Shown here in pieces: positions 1 to 12,675 of a stretch of 64,000 bases of DNA; positions within the stretch are counted from its first letter, which is position 1; every line of letters begins with the position of its first letter. The stretch covers positions 29,140,001 through 29,204,000 of the forward strand of contig OZ024759.1 in the NCBI GenBank assembly GCA_964016885.1, read 5' to 3'. Below the pieces are notes generated by a model. The model saw nothing but the letters and a program-made list of their open reading frames with translations, was not told the DNA's origin and did no database searches. The position numbers were made by a program, and so were the translations under genes. Source of the stretch: Eledone cirrhosa (lineage: Eukaryota).

Positions 1-755
1 ATACATACCTGTTTGTATTATATATGAATACACACATACATATATAGTATATAAACACAAATATATACATACGTACACATTTAGACATGTATATGTGTGT
101 ATACATACATGTTTGTATTATATATGAATACACACATACATATATAGTATATAAACACAAATATATACATACGTATACATTTAGACATGTATATGTGTGT
201 ATACATACATGTTTGTATTATATATGAATACACACATACATATATAGTATATAAACACAAATATATACATACGTATACATTTAGACATGCATATGTGTGT
301 ATACATACATGTTTGTATTATATATGAATACACACATACATATATAGTATATAAACACAAATATATACATACGTACACATTTAGACATGTATATGTGTGT
401 ATACATACATGTTTGTATTATATATAAATATATACACACATACATATATAGTATATAAACACAAATATATACATACGTACACATTTAGACATGTATATGT
501 GTGTATACATACCTGTTTGTATTATATATAAATATATACACACATACATATATAGTATATAAACACAAATATATACATACGTACACATTTAGACATGTAT
601 ATGTGTGTATACATACTTGTTTGTATTATATATGAATACATACATACATATATAGTATATAAACACAAATATATACATACGTACACATTTAGACATGTAT
701 ATGTGTGTATACATACATGTTTGTAGTATATATAAATATATACACACGCATACAT
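1..755. repeat. Tandem repeat, 100-104-bp unit, about 7.5 copies visible
   Basis: Unit restarts at 1, 101, 201, 301, 401. Confidence 0.95.
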
Positions 756-1116
756 GAATCCCTGTCCTATATGGTCTGTATTCTTGTTCTGGTGAAAACT
801 GGCATAAGCAATGAAAGATAGTCAAAGAACTGTCCAATCCAGAAAGTTCTAACAATCATTTATAAAAGACACTTCAAAATTATATATGTATATATATCTA
901 AACTGTGTGTGTCCCAAATGACCATAATAATAAAAATAAAAATGATAGTCAAGCACTGTAAATAATAGTTGGAGAATGGAAAAAGTTGACCAGAGTTGAA
1001 CCCTGTTTCTCAGACATGAGTTGAATGCATTAACCACTAGGCTAAAGAAACACTGGGCACCAATGCTGTCTTAGAAGAATTTAAGCCTATAGTTAGAAGT
1101 ATAAACAACAGTTGGC

Positions 1117-1369
1117 TTAACCCTTTAGCATTTACATTACTCTATATTTACTATTGTATTTTTGTGGTAAAGGTGTTATCTCACAACATTTACATTACTC
1201 TATATTTACTATTGTATTTTTGTGGTAAAGGTTTTACCTCACATAATATCGAAGCTTCGAGATTTTGAGAACAATACATCAGTATAAGCAGTCGGTTATG
1301 GGTGGTTTGAACAGAAAGAAGTTAGAGAATGTTGGCCAGATATGGCCGGTTTAAATGCTAAATGGTTAA
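1117..1369. mobile_element. piggyBac-type MITE
   Basis: TTAA target sites and CCCTTTAGCATTTA terminal inverted repeats; other copies 2204-2422, 14806-14999, 16512-16724, 21307-21646, 32879-33078, 39324-39552, 50104-50681, about 53349-53564. Confidence 0.88.
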
Positions 1370-3539
1370 GAAGCATTGCTAGAATTGTGCAGATAATCAT
1401 GATAATAATTGTCAATCTTTATAAATGATAAAGAAAAATGTATAACACAATACTCCTACTTTACAGCAATTCCCCACCACACACACACATTCATTTATTT
1501 AATGTTTGACTCTCATTTTTACTGCTCTCTTGTTGTAAAATTATCAATTGGTGATATCATGATGTCAGCAAAATATAATAGGTATAATAATTTATGGTGG
1601 TGGACCTATTGAAGAACAAATTGTAGGATTTGTTTATTTAGAACTGTTCCAGTTAACCACAGAATTGTGTTGATATGGGCAACTTTTGAAATCCAAACAA
1701 AGCTAAGATATATATATAACATTTACATTGACCCTGTATTTATATATGGGTTAAATTGTGTCACCTAGTCTGAAAAAAACAACAACTCCCAAATATTGAA
1801 GAATTTTAAAACCATGTTATGAGATATATTTTTGGTCGACCCCTGACTGACATAGTTAAAATATTATAACTATGGCCACAACATAAACCAAGATGAGATG
1901 CAATTTTTTTCAAAGTTTGGCTACATCAAATAAGGAGAGGGGTGTCTCTTTAAAATCTGTCTGGGGTTTATGTATGGTACCTGGAAAAGAGAAACCAAGA
2001 ACACCCCAATGGTAGATAATGAGACCAGATACTAAAATGGCCTCGGTATCTATCAGGGTCATAATTCAACACAATGACAATAAACATGTGGGGGTAGGGT
2101 CGCTCTACCTGGAAAGATGGAAAGACCAGATCTTAAATTGGTCTCAATGTTGATTAAAAGGAGACAATGCAATGACAATAAACAAGAAAAAGGACAACAA
2201 CAGTTAACCCTTTAGCAGTTACATTACTCTATATTTACTATTGTACTGTCACAGTAAAGACTTTATCTCACATAGTATCGAAGCTACGAAATTTTGATGA
2301 TGTTATTTATTTTGAGAACAATACCTTAACATCAGTATGAGCAGCTGGTTACGGCCAGTTTAAATAGAAAGAGGTGAGAGAATTCTGGTCAGATATGGCC
2401 AGTTTAAATGCTAAAGGGTTAAATGTCTAAATAATAATATCAAACTTACCTGGGTAGTCTCTCTCTCTCTTGTATTAAACTCCAAACTTTAAGTATAAAG
2501 CTTAGTTTCCGTATTTTTCCAAAATAGAACAGACAAATCTATGCTATCCACCACGCAACATTGGAATTCCTCTTCCAGATTTTACACATCTCTAAAAGAA
2601 GAAAAAAGACTGTATCATTACATTATTATTATTAATGTGGAAAGTGATAGAAGGTTAATGCAAAATGGACTGTAAGATAGAGATAATGAAAAAATAAGTT
2701 ACCTTTGTTTTGTTTTTTGTTGCTGTTGATGAAAGAAACAACAGCAACAACAAAAAAAGAAAAAGATTACCAGGTAACTTATTTTTTCAATATCTCTATC
2801 TTACAGTCCATTTTGCATTGTTTGGCCTTATATCATTTTCCACATTTTATATTATATACAATGTTTCAAGCAAACTACAACATTTTATTATTATTATTGT
2901 TGTTAACCTTGCCTTTCATCCTTACGGGGTCGATAAAATAAAGTACCAGTAATGCACTGAGATAATTGCTAGCCTTGTGCCAAAGTAGAAACAATTGTTA
3001 TTGTTGTTGATGGATTGATGGCGCCATATATAAAGTGCTTTATTATTTATGAAGGTGTGGAGCTCAGTGGTTAATTGGTAAAATGTTGTTTAAAATGCAA
3101 TTGCAGTCTTTGTTCTGACTCTTTACATTCTGGGTTCAAATCGCACCAAAGTCAACTTTGCTTTTCATTCTTTCGAAGCTGATAAAATAAAGTAACAATT
3201 AACTATTGAGATTGATTTAATTAAATTTCTCCTCCCCATATATTACTGGCCTTGGGTGCCTAAATTAGAAATAATTATTAAACTATTATGGTTATTTGCA
3301 TTGGAACACACACACTTCAAAATATGATCCATCATTAAACGTCCATATTTCCACGGTACAATGTGTTTGACAAATTGTCCCATTGTGAGTCAAGTCAGAT
3401 CAGATGACAGTGTTTTGCTCATACAGAACTGTTTCTGGCTTGGTTTCTACAACTGGATACTCTTCTTAATGCCAACCAAGCACATTTACAGTGGGGGGAA
3501 CAGAGTGCTTTTTATCGTGGCACCAAAACAAACTATATA

Positions 3540-3627
3540 CAGGGAGTCCAAAAAAATATATACACTTTGATTACCTGTACATGCAATATTTCTTAGAATG
3601 GTGTATACATTTTTGGGGGCCACCCTG
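3540..3627. mobile_element. Tc1/mariner-type MITE
   Basis: TA-flanked CAGGG...CCCTG with ~28-bp imperfect TIRs; related ends near 53137 and 54000. Confidence 0.65.
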
Positions 3628-4384
3628 TATTTATATAAATACAAAAACAAAAAATATATGTATATATAGCTGAAGTGTCTTTAAGAAATTTGTTAGAACT
3701 GTACTGGCTTGCGGGAGACCTTCCTTTACTCTCATTCATTGCTCTCTTATAATTAATTAAAAATTTTTTTATTATTATTATGAATTTTTGTCTTGTCAAG
3801 GAATGCCTTTACTGCTGCATCCTAGCAGCTCCTAGTAGTGTTCTGCTGACTGATATGGCGTAGAATGCGACACAGACGTCATGTAAATGCAATGATTTCT
3901 GATTTCTCCCTTTCTTTCTTTTTCTCAAGATTAAAGATTTCTTCTTTCTCTTTTTTTTTTTTTTTTTACTTTTTTTTTTTTAAATAAATTTCTTGTCTTT
4001 TTGAATCAAATCCTAATTCTTTTCTCTTTTTTTCTTTCTTTCTTTCTTTCTTTCTTTCTCTCTCTAATTTTTCTCCACCATTTTTTTCTCCCCCAAAACA
4101 TAAATCAAGCATCATTCCTGCAGTTTCCCTGCAACTCTCCTATCTTCAGATGACTTTTATTTTCCATATTCCGCATCAATTCAAATTTTTATCAATGCAA
4201 ATTTATTAATTTTTTAAAAGATTATTCTTATTCTTATTATACATGTTCTTGCTGCTAACTTGGTGACTTTTCCCTCAAAACCTTCTCAAATTCTGAACTC
4301 AATCTCATGATATATTATATATATTAATATATATATATATAATGTATTTATATATATATATATATATAATGTATTTATATATAT

Positions 4385-4439
<55 letters not shown>

Positions 4440-4531
4440 TATATATATATATTCATATATATATATTCATATATATAATGTATATATATATATAGAGATA
4501 TATATAATATATATATATTCATATATATATA

Positions 4532-4729
4532 CAAGGGTCGGCTGAAAAGTTCATAGACTGACCAAGATACTCTCATGGAATGACAAAATGAGGTTTACTT
4601 TTCAACACAGTCCCTAGAAAGAGACAATGCAGTTATTAATAAGAAGAGTTGAAATTAATACATGCAAGATTTCGCAGTTCTAGCATCACTCCTTCATAAT
4701 CCGCCTATGAACTTTTCAACCAGCCCCCG
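4532..4729. mobile_element. mariner-type MITE within (TA)n
   Basis: TIRs gggtcggctgaaaagttcatag / ctatgaacttttcaaccagccc, TA flanks. Confidence 0.7.
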
Positions 4730-4786
<57 letters not shown>

Positions 4787-5120
4787 TAAATGATCTCCTT
4801 CATCTATTGATTATGCCTGATATATTCTACTCTTGCTGCCCCAATACCCCCAACTAATAACTTATGCCTACTTTTAAACTCTCTCCCTGTTCAATTGTCT
4901 TCCATCTTATATCCCCTCTACTATTTCTGTTGTCTATACCTATATATATGTGTATATGTATTCCTCTTCATCTTTTTCCCATATCTATGTGTGTGTGTTT
5001 ATGTTTCTCTCCCATATATATGTATACATATATTATATATATATATACATATATATATTATATATAGATATATATATTATATATACATATATATATTATA
5101 TACATATATATTATACATAC

Positions 5121-5152
<32 letters not shown>

Positions 5153-5171
5153 TATATATACATATAATAAG

Positions 5172-5360
5172 GGCGGTGGATTGGCAGTATCGGTAGAGGG
5201 TCGGACGCCATGCTTTCCAGCATAGTTACGTCCCTTTACGATCTGAGTTCAAATCCCGCCGAGGTTGACTTTGCCTTTCATCCTTACGGGGTCGATAAAA
5301 TAAAGTACCAGTAATGCACTGGGTGATTGCTGGCCTTGTGCCTAAAGTAGAAACAATTAT
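5172..5360 (+). mobile_element. tRNA-derived SINE, full length (family 1)
   Basis: A box TGGCAGTATCGG, B box GAGTTCAAATCC, central GCCTTTCATCCTTACGGGGTCGATAAAATAAAGTACCAG (resembles the MetaSINE domain as recalled), AT tail. Further copies near 2905, 3055, 16788, 18975, 32390, 32630, 39094, 55990 (+) and 21378, 34945, 37125, 37327, 53620 (-). Confidence 0.9.
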
Positions 5361-6093
5361 ATATACATATATATATTATACATACATATATATATATTAT
5401 ACATACATATATATATATTATACATACATATATATATATTATACATACATATATATATATTATACATACATATATATATATTATATATATAATATGTGCG
5501 TATGTGAGTGATGAGAAAGGATTTGTTCCTCATTGATCAATTCCAAAAACATTTAACCCAACCCCATACCATTCTAGCCTGCCCCTTCTCTATTTTTCTC
5601 TATCTTTTTCCTCATTCTATGTCTCTCCTGCATGAGTAGTAGTAAATTAACTGAATGAATGAGCAGGTGACATGGGTAATTACTGGTAGTCAACTGCATG
5701 ATGTAGTAGCAGAATGGAATTTGAACACATAGACTGATTGACTACATTTTTATTCTGTTTATTATTATTTTTTTTTATTATTATTATTGTTGTTGTTATT
5801 ATTACTGGTAATGAACTGCAGTATATACAGGTATATATGTATGTTGTGCACACTGGTGTTATAGATGTAATCCCACTTTGATGTGCAAAATTGTACGCCA
5901 AGTGGTGGTTGATGAGGTACAGATGCAGTTGTCCGTTCATCATATATAATTGTTTTTCAGTGTGCATTTTTCTGCTGATACTCTGTATGTGTATGTGTGT
6001 ACATATAAATACATATATGTATGTGTATGTGTGTGTGTGTGTTCTTTTCTTTAAGACCAACTTGATGCCCTGGAGTTTTTCCTGTGGACTTAT

Positions 6094-6142
6094 CTTGTCT
6101 GATGACCCTGTGAGTACACAGCAGGAACTCCAGAGTAACAAG
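6094..6142 (+). ncRNA. Degenerate type I hammerhead (family C)
   Basis: CTTGT-CTGATGA-stem II ctgtg/cacag-GGAA (for GAAA)-CTC ca GAG-TA-ACAAG; sister copy at 37082-37127 retains GAAA. Confidence 0.45.
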
Positions 6143-6214
6143 CAGGGTCAATAAAAAATAAAGTACCAGTCACGTACGGAGGTCAATGTAATTATTATTA
6201 GGCCAGTGCTTGTT

Positions 6215-6692
6215 TTTGTACTTTATTCTCTGAAAGCCAAACTCAGTCTTCAATTCAGTTTTCGTGCCAACCCTTACTTACGGTCATGAATCTTGGGTAA
6301 TGAACAAAAGAATATAATTGCGAATAAAAGCGGCCGAAATGGGATTCCTCTGAACGGTCTTTGGAGTAACATTACTCGATAAAATGCATAGCTCAGAGAT
6401 CAGGGAGTCACTCCAGGTAGAGTCACTACTACTCCGAATTGAGAGATCACAGCTCCAGTACTATGGGCATGTGGTTAGAATGTCTCAGGAAAGAATCACT
6501 GGACAGATTTTACAACCAAAACCAACTGGCAAGAGGCCCAGGGGAAGACCCTGAGCAAGACGGTTGGATAACATCCATGAGCTTGGCTGGTCTTGCTTGG
6601 GGAGACGGTTGCTTCTGATAGGACCCGCTGGAAGGAGTGTTTGAGGACTCTGCCCCCACGGCCCTCTCCGGAATAAATGGGTGAAGAAGAAG
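6215..6692 (+). mobile_element. RTE-clade LINE 3' fragment
   Basis: Degenerate PTLTYGHESW, AAEMGFL, YGHVVRM, KPTGKRPRGRP, then GAAGAAGAA tail. Confidence 0.85.
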
Positions 6693-7388
6693 AATACTCT
6701 GTGTTGAAGTATCACCAAGGTCATCTTTGCCTTTCATCCTTCATTTGAGATTGATAAAAATCATAGAACACCAGTGATTTACTGGGGGGTTCATTTAATG
6801 TTTAGTTAGTGCGGGTGTTGTTTTCTAAACGCACCCACCCCTTCTATACTCTATTCCATTAAAAACTGGGGTGAATTACAGCTCTTATTTCAACATACCT
6901 TTACAATAACCCCCTACAACCACTACACCTCATCAGCAACAACAACAAGGTATCATCCCTCTGCCCTACCTACCTACCATCCACTTAGTTTCATGTTTAC
7001 CTGATAACAATTTTAATAGGATTATCATGTATGCAATTCCTTGGGACATTTGGCACACCACCACCGCCACCGCCATCACTAACCCCACCCGACTACAACA
7101 ACACTGCCACTACACCCCCCACTTACACCAACACTGCCACCACCATCAACCACACCATGTAATCTTTCACTTGATAAATTAGACTTGGGTAAACTTATCT
7201 TATATCTTGAGAGGGGTAAATGTGTGGGTGGGTGGCTGGGTGGCAGGCATGGGGGAGCAGGTACTACAAAGTAGGAGCAACCAGATATATATAGAGAGAG
7301 AGGGGGATACATATACGTTCACATACATTTATCTCTTCCTTTATTAATATATATATATATATATATATGTGTCGATATTATGTATGTG

Positions 7389-7438
<50 letters not shown>

Positions 7439-7544
7439 CATATACATTCACATACATTTATCTCTTCCTTTATTAATATATATATATATATATGTATATG
7501 TCGATATTATGTATGTGTATATATATATATATATATTGTGTGTG

Positions 7545-7578
<34 letters not shown>

Positions 7579-7689
7579 TACATATACATATACATTCACA
7601 AGCATACATCTATCTCTTCCTTTATTAATATATATATATGTGTGTGTGTATATATATATATACACACACACATATATGTATACATATTG

Positions 7690-7723
<34 letters not shown>

Positions 7724-8461
7724 AGTATATATATGTGTGTGTGTGTGTGCAAGGGATTCTCGTCATGCATGCTTTATACTACTTAAAATGCCTTTTTTAT
7801 CTCTCTCTTCATGTGTGTATATGCATATATGTGCGTGTGTATGTATGTATATGTGTGTGTATGTATGTATATGTGTGTGTGTGTATATGTGTGTATGTAT
7901 ATATAAAAAATTCTGTACCTGAGCATGTATTTTTCCATTTTCTTGAGGATCATGCTATTTTATTGTTGTTGTTGTTAATATTTCAAACAGGGGGTGGGGT
8001 GGGGCTTATTTCCATAAACCTTACCCAGTCCCAGGTGGATGTAAAACTTTAATTAATACCTGGCAAACTTTCATCTCCAATTAGCTACTGATTAGTTTAC
8101 AAAATTAATCTTGTTTGGATTCCTAATACTAGCTCTCCGCTATATATTATCCTCTCCTCTATATATATAAATATGTGTATATGTGTATATATGTGTGTAT
8201 GTGTATAGATCTATCTATATGTTGTGTGTAAGTTCTTACTAACCAGCAGGAATATATGTAGCAGGATAGTCAAAGACAGAAATATATAAAGTTTATCCCA
8301 GGTTCAATCGGGAGTAACCACAGTAAATAAGGTATTCAATACATATATTTATATTAATTTGTTGGAAGTCCGACAAATATAAATGTTTATAACTGATTTA
8401 GAGCACTCAACAAGTTACTGGAGTAAATATTCAATGATATTAAATAAATGGAAACTATATT

Positions 8462-8524
8462 TATTTTATTATATATATTTCAAGGGTACCAAGACACATT
8501 GGTACGCTTTCATCAGATAAAATA
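8462..8524 (-). ncRNA. Minimal type I hammerhead ribozyme (family A)
   Basis: Minus strand: stem I TATTTTAT, core CTGATGA, stem II AAGCGTACCAA/TTGGTACCCTT (10 of 11 pairs), GAA, palindromic ATATATAT stem III, A17, stem I' ATAAAATA. Confidence 0.75.
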
Positions 8525-8629
8525 CAAAGTTTGTTTCATAAATAGAGACATACCCATGAAAATCATACCTTATCGGTTGCATATCCAGTGATTTTCATGG
8601 GTATGTCTTTATTTATAAAACAAACTTTG

Positions 8630-8682
8630 TATTTTATCTGATGAAAGCGTACCAATGTGTTTGAAATATATATAATAAAATA
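8630..8682 (+). ncRNA. Second family-A hammerhead copy, inverted, with shortened stem II
   Basis: TATTTTAT-CTGATGA-aagcgtaccaatgtgttt-GAA-ATATATAT-A-ATAAAATA. Confidence 0.55.
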
Positions 8683-9928
8683 AATATGGTTTTATAAATA
8701 TAGTAATATAGAAAGACTTCTACAGGACTAGAACTGTTTCATTCTACCGAATGAAACAGTTCTAGTCCTGTAGAAGTCTTTCTATATTAAATATATATAT
8801 ATATATTTATTAAAATAACAGATCAAAGTTTAAGCAAAGAATTGCTGCTTTCACCCTTAACAGGATCTTCTGAAACTCTATATATATAATAATTAGTTAC
8901 AACAGTGGCATATGTAGGTATTTAAGTTTCATTGGCTTATACATCCAAACTCATTTAGCCTGTATATTCAGACAGGTAGATTGATACTGAAGTCAGGTCC
9001 ATAGCTTCTGCAGGTGACCTTGAGCCAGTCCTCTGCGAAATACACTCAAGTCGATACACAATAAATACATGTAAACGAAACTTCATCGCTTTTCTTAGTG
9101 TGTGTATACATACATACATATATATATAAATATAGTAGTATATAAGGCACAGAGAAACTGAAGCCCATTGGATGTGTCTTAATATGATATTATTGAGACC
9201 AGTACTACAGCAAAGACATAACAGGGGCCGTTGGCTGGACCAGAAATGCATGTTCCTGTTATGTCTTCGTTATAATACTGGTCTTGATAACATATATATA
9301 TATATATAGTATATAGTTGTACATGTGTAAATGCCTTCTGGTGTTGGATTTTGTGCTTTTATGTTTTGAGTTCAAATTCCACTGATGCTGACTAATCATT
9401 CTTATCCGAGTGTTAATAAAATTAACGTACCAGTCATGCACTGGGGGCAGTTCCAATTAATTAAGCCTTGCTACTTTCTTCCCTAAAACACTTCTTGTCC
9501 TTATGTCAATGTTAAATAACCACCATTACTACTATTATTACATCTGTTGAAGGGGAAAAACATTTTTTTTTTTCCATGGCTTATTTGTTAATATTCTAAG
9601 CAAATGTGGACAAAATCATTTTCGCAATTTTATATTCATTTATCGATAAAATTTTTATTTTATAAATAATATTTAACGATGAATTATATTTATGAAATGT
9701 AAAATATTGATCAAATAATTTTTGTATATTTAATTGCTGTTTTTCAAATATGTTTATTTTTTAAATTTTATTAAATTAATTTTGGTCTCTTGTTGCAAGT
9801 TTTTTTCACATCTTCCCCTCCGTGATTCTTCCCAAAGAATAATGTCTATCTTCCTCAGTCTTCTGGTCTTATGCATGAACCATCTGTCTTTCCTCTCGAA
9901 TGTGTTCTTGTTGATGTGTATGTGTATA

Positions 9929-9984
<56 letters not shown>

Positions 9985-10640
9985 CATATATATATAAGGG
10001 AGTGTTGGGGTTTGCTTGAAGCATTGTGGAATAAGAAAAATAGTCAGTTTGGAAGCCTCTACAATGCAGATGGGTAAATCTTCTGGCAACGAAATCCAGG
10101 GAGGAAACCCAAGAGAAGGAAAAGGAAAACAAACAAATAAACATTTATTTACGTTTGTTTTCCTTTTCCTTCTCCTATTGCCATCGGATTTTGTTGCTAG
10201 AAGATTTACCCATCTGCATTGTAGAGGCTTCCAAACTGACTTTTATATATATGTGTGTTTGTGTATGTGTATATACATATATGTGTATGCACAGGGATAT
10301 GGAAATTCTTGGTTTGGTGCGAGAGGTAGCTAACCTCACACACACTCACACACATATATATATATATATATCCACATATATGTCAAACAAGAACGTGATG
10401 GCGATATTTCGGAATGTTGTATACCTGATATATTATAGCCCAAAGTCTCATTATTATTATTATTATTATAACATCTTTCTGTCTCTGTCTATTCATATTG
10501 TATTTTGTTTATACAAATTATTTCCTTATTAATCAATCTTTGGAATGTCAACCATTAACAAGTAGTAGTTTGCAAAGGGCAAGATTTAAAAGCATCTTCT
10601 TTCATAGTATTCTATTATCTTCCTTTCAACTCGACATCCT

Positions 10641-10691
<51 letters not shown>

Positions 10692-11559
10692 GAAAATGAA
10701 GGGAATTCCTTGGTACAATAAACTATATTTGAAAAAAGAGAAGGAAGACTTCACTGGTGGTTGGTATTCTTTAACAATTCCTATCTTTACAGTAAGTTAT
10801 TAGTCATATTAATCCTTTTTAACTTTTTGGAGAACTTTCTCGCATTCGGCAATGATTGTCAAAAATTTATCTACAAAAGTTAACAATGGCTTACCAGAAC
10901 TAATATCGATAATGACTTACTGTAAAGATTTGAACTATTAAAGAACACCAACCACCGGTGAAACCCTTCTCTTTTTTCAAATATATATATATTAACAGTT
11001 GCACTAACATAGCGCTGATTCATAATAGAGGTGTATATGAAGGCATATATGATATATTTATGTATAATAAACATCCATATGTCTCACTGAATGTTTTAAG
11101 CTCTAAATCTTACTGATGATGCTTAAAAATCCAGAAACAGAAGGGTGACTGACGTAGCTGTGATATATATATGTTTATGATACATAAACATATATATATG
11201 CCTTCATATATATACCTCTATTATATATATATATAATGTTTATTATTCATCGGAGTTCAATGACTATTTGGTACACTATCTATAAAGACTTTTCTTTCCC
11301 CCTCCTCCTTCTTTGTCTTGTTTCTCTGTTGTTGTGTTGTTGAGTTCAAAACCTAGATCTTTAGTAGATGCACCTGGTAAGTACAGATGTTTTAAACAAT
11401 CTATCTGAATCCCAGCCCTGCTCTTCTTGTCTCTTGATTCTTCTCTGTAAAACTAAATCACAGCTTAACCATAGAGCAAAGAATCCATTTAATAATATCT
11501 ATAATCTACATTTTTTAAGTACAGAGTACTATATATATATATTAGTAATATTGTTACTA

Positions 11560-11955
11560 TTTCCACAGTGATAATATCTAGCTAATATTTCTTCAACTGT
11601 GGTGTAGTTCCCAATATTTCCACTATAATGGTGCTTTTGTCAATATTTCCACAAAGATAGTTCTGGCAATACTTCCACAGTGATAGCCTTGTCGATACTT
11701 CCACAGTGATAGCCTTGTTAATATTTCCACAAAAATAGTTCTGTCGATACCTCCACAGTGATAATCTTGTCAAAATATCAACAAAAATAGTTATGTCTAT
11801 ACTTCCACAAAGATAGTTCTGTGGATACTTCCACAGTGATAGTCTTGTCAATATTTCCAGTGATAATACAGTTGTCAATATTTCCACAGTGATAGTACAA
11901 TCATGTCAGTATTTCCACAGTGATAGTATAGTCTTGTCAATATTTCCACGGTGGT
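11560..11955. repeat. Degenerate ~26-30-bp tandem repeat (caatatttccacagtgatag)
   Basis: About a dozen ttccaca cores. Confidence 0.85.
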
Positions 11956-12164
11956 AATCTAAACTATGCTATATGTGAGATAACTTTCTTAAAGCTATAC
12001 CCTTCCCTCTTTGTTACTCCATAATTTTACATCCCTACATGTGTCACAACCCTCTCACTCTGTGTTACACTATAATTCTACGGTCCTACATGTGTTGCAA
12101 CCCTCCCTCTCTGTTACTCTATAGTTCTACATTCCTACATGTTAACATATTATTTCTATTGCAG

Positions 12165-12312
12165 CAATCCGGACTGAACATCTCCAATCCCGAAGTGCTT
12201 TATCTTCCTAATGTCACTTACGAAGACGCTGGTTGGTATACATGTGTAGCTTCAAACTCCATGGGTGTCACTTACCAAAGCGCCTGGCTTACTGTTGTTG
12301 AACCTCCAGATA
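12165..12312 (+). CDS. FGFR: FGFR exon: C-terminal half of Ig domain III (QSGLNISNPEVLYLPNVTYEDAGWYTCVASNSMGVTYQSAWLTVVEPPD)
   Basis: ttgcag acceptor, gtaagt donor, 148 nt, phase 0 to 1; DAGxYTC and SAWLTV motifs typical of FGFR Ig3. Upstream exons lie before the window. Confidence 0.95.
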
Positions 12313-12675
12313 GTAAGTACCTACTTATTCTTATTCTTCTTACGGTTATCTAACTCTTTAAATGCCAACCTGCCAGCAAGTATCTATTAACTCTTAATAC
12401 CCTGTAATGATTTAGCAGAAAATATCTAAAAACAGGTTTGTTAATTGAAATGTTTTTAGTATCTTTACTAGTGGATAGATCATTATGAAAATTTGCAGTA
12501 AACTAATATTTAATGTGATGCAGTCATAGTGCTGTTTTGTAGTTTTCAATAAGGTCTTGCTAATGTGGTTTCATGTGGTACAGGACATTTTAATGTTGCT
12601 GTTGTGCTTATTTTCCAACTCCCAGCCAACTTAACCAGTTGGCTGTTATATCTAGCATGTGAAATAACCCACTTA

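Noticed and set aside
181-855. Tyr/Ile/Cys-rich ORFs here and throughout the track
   Set aside because: Products of (TA)n/(CA)n and satellite sequence.
3801-3863. Alternative terminal exon for a secreted FGFR (ECLYCCILAAPSSVLLTDMA*)
   Set aside because: Weak AAG acceptor, no homology; indistinguishable from chance.
5680-6141. 153-aa minus-strand ORF
   Set aside because: Crosses microsatellites and a repeat element; no recognisable domain.
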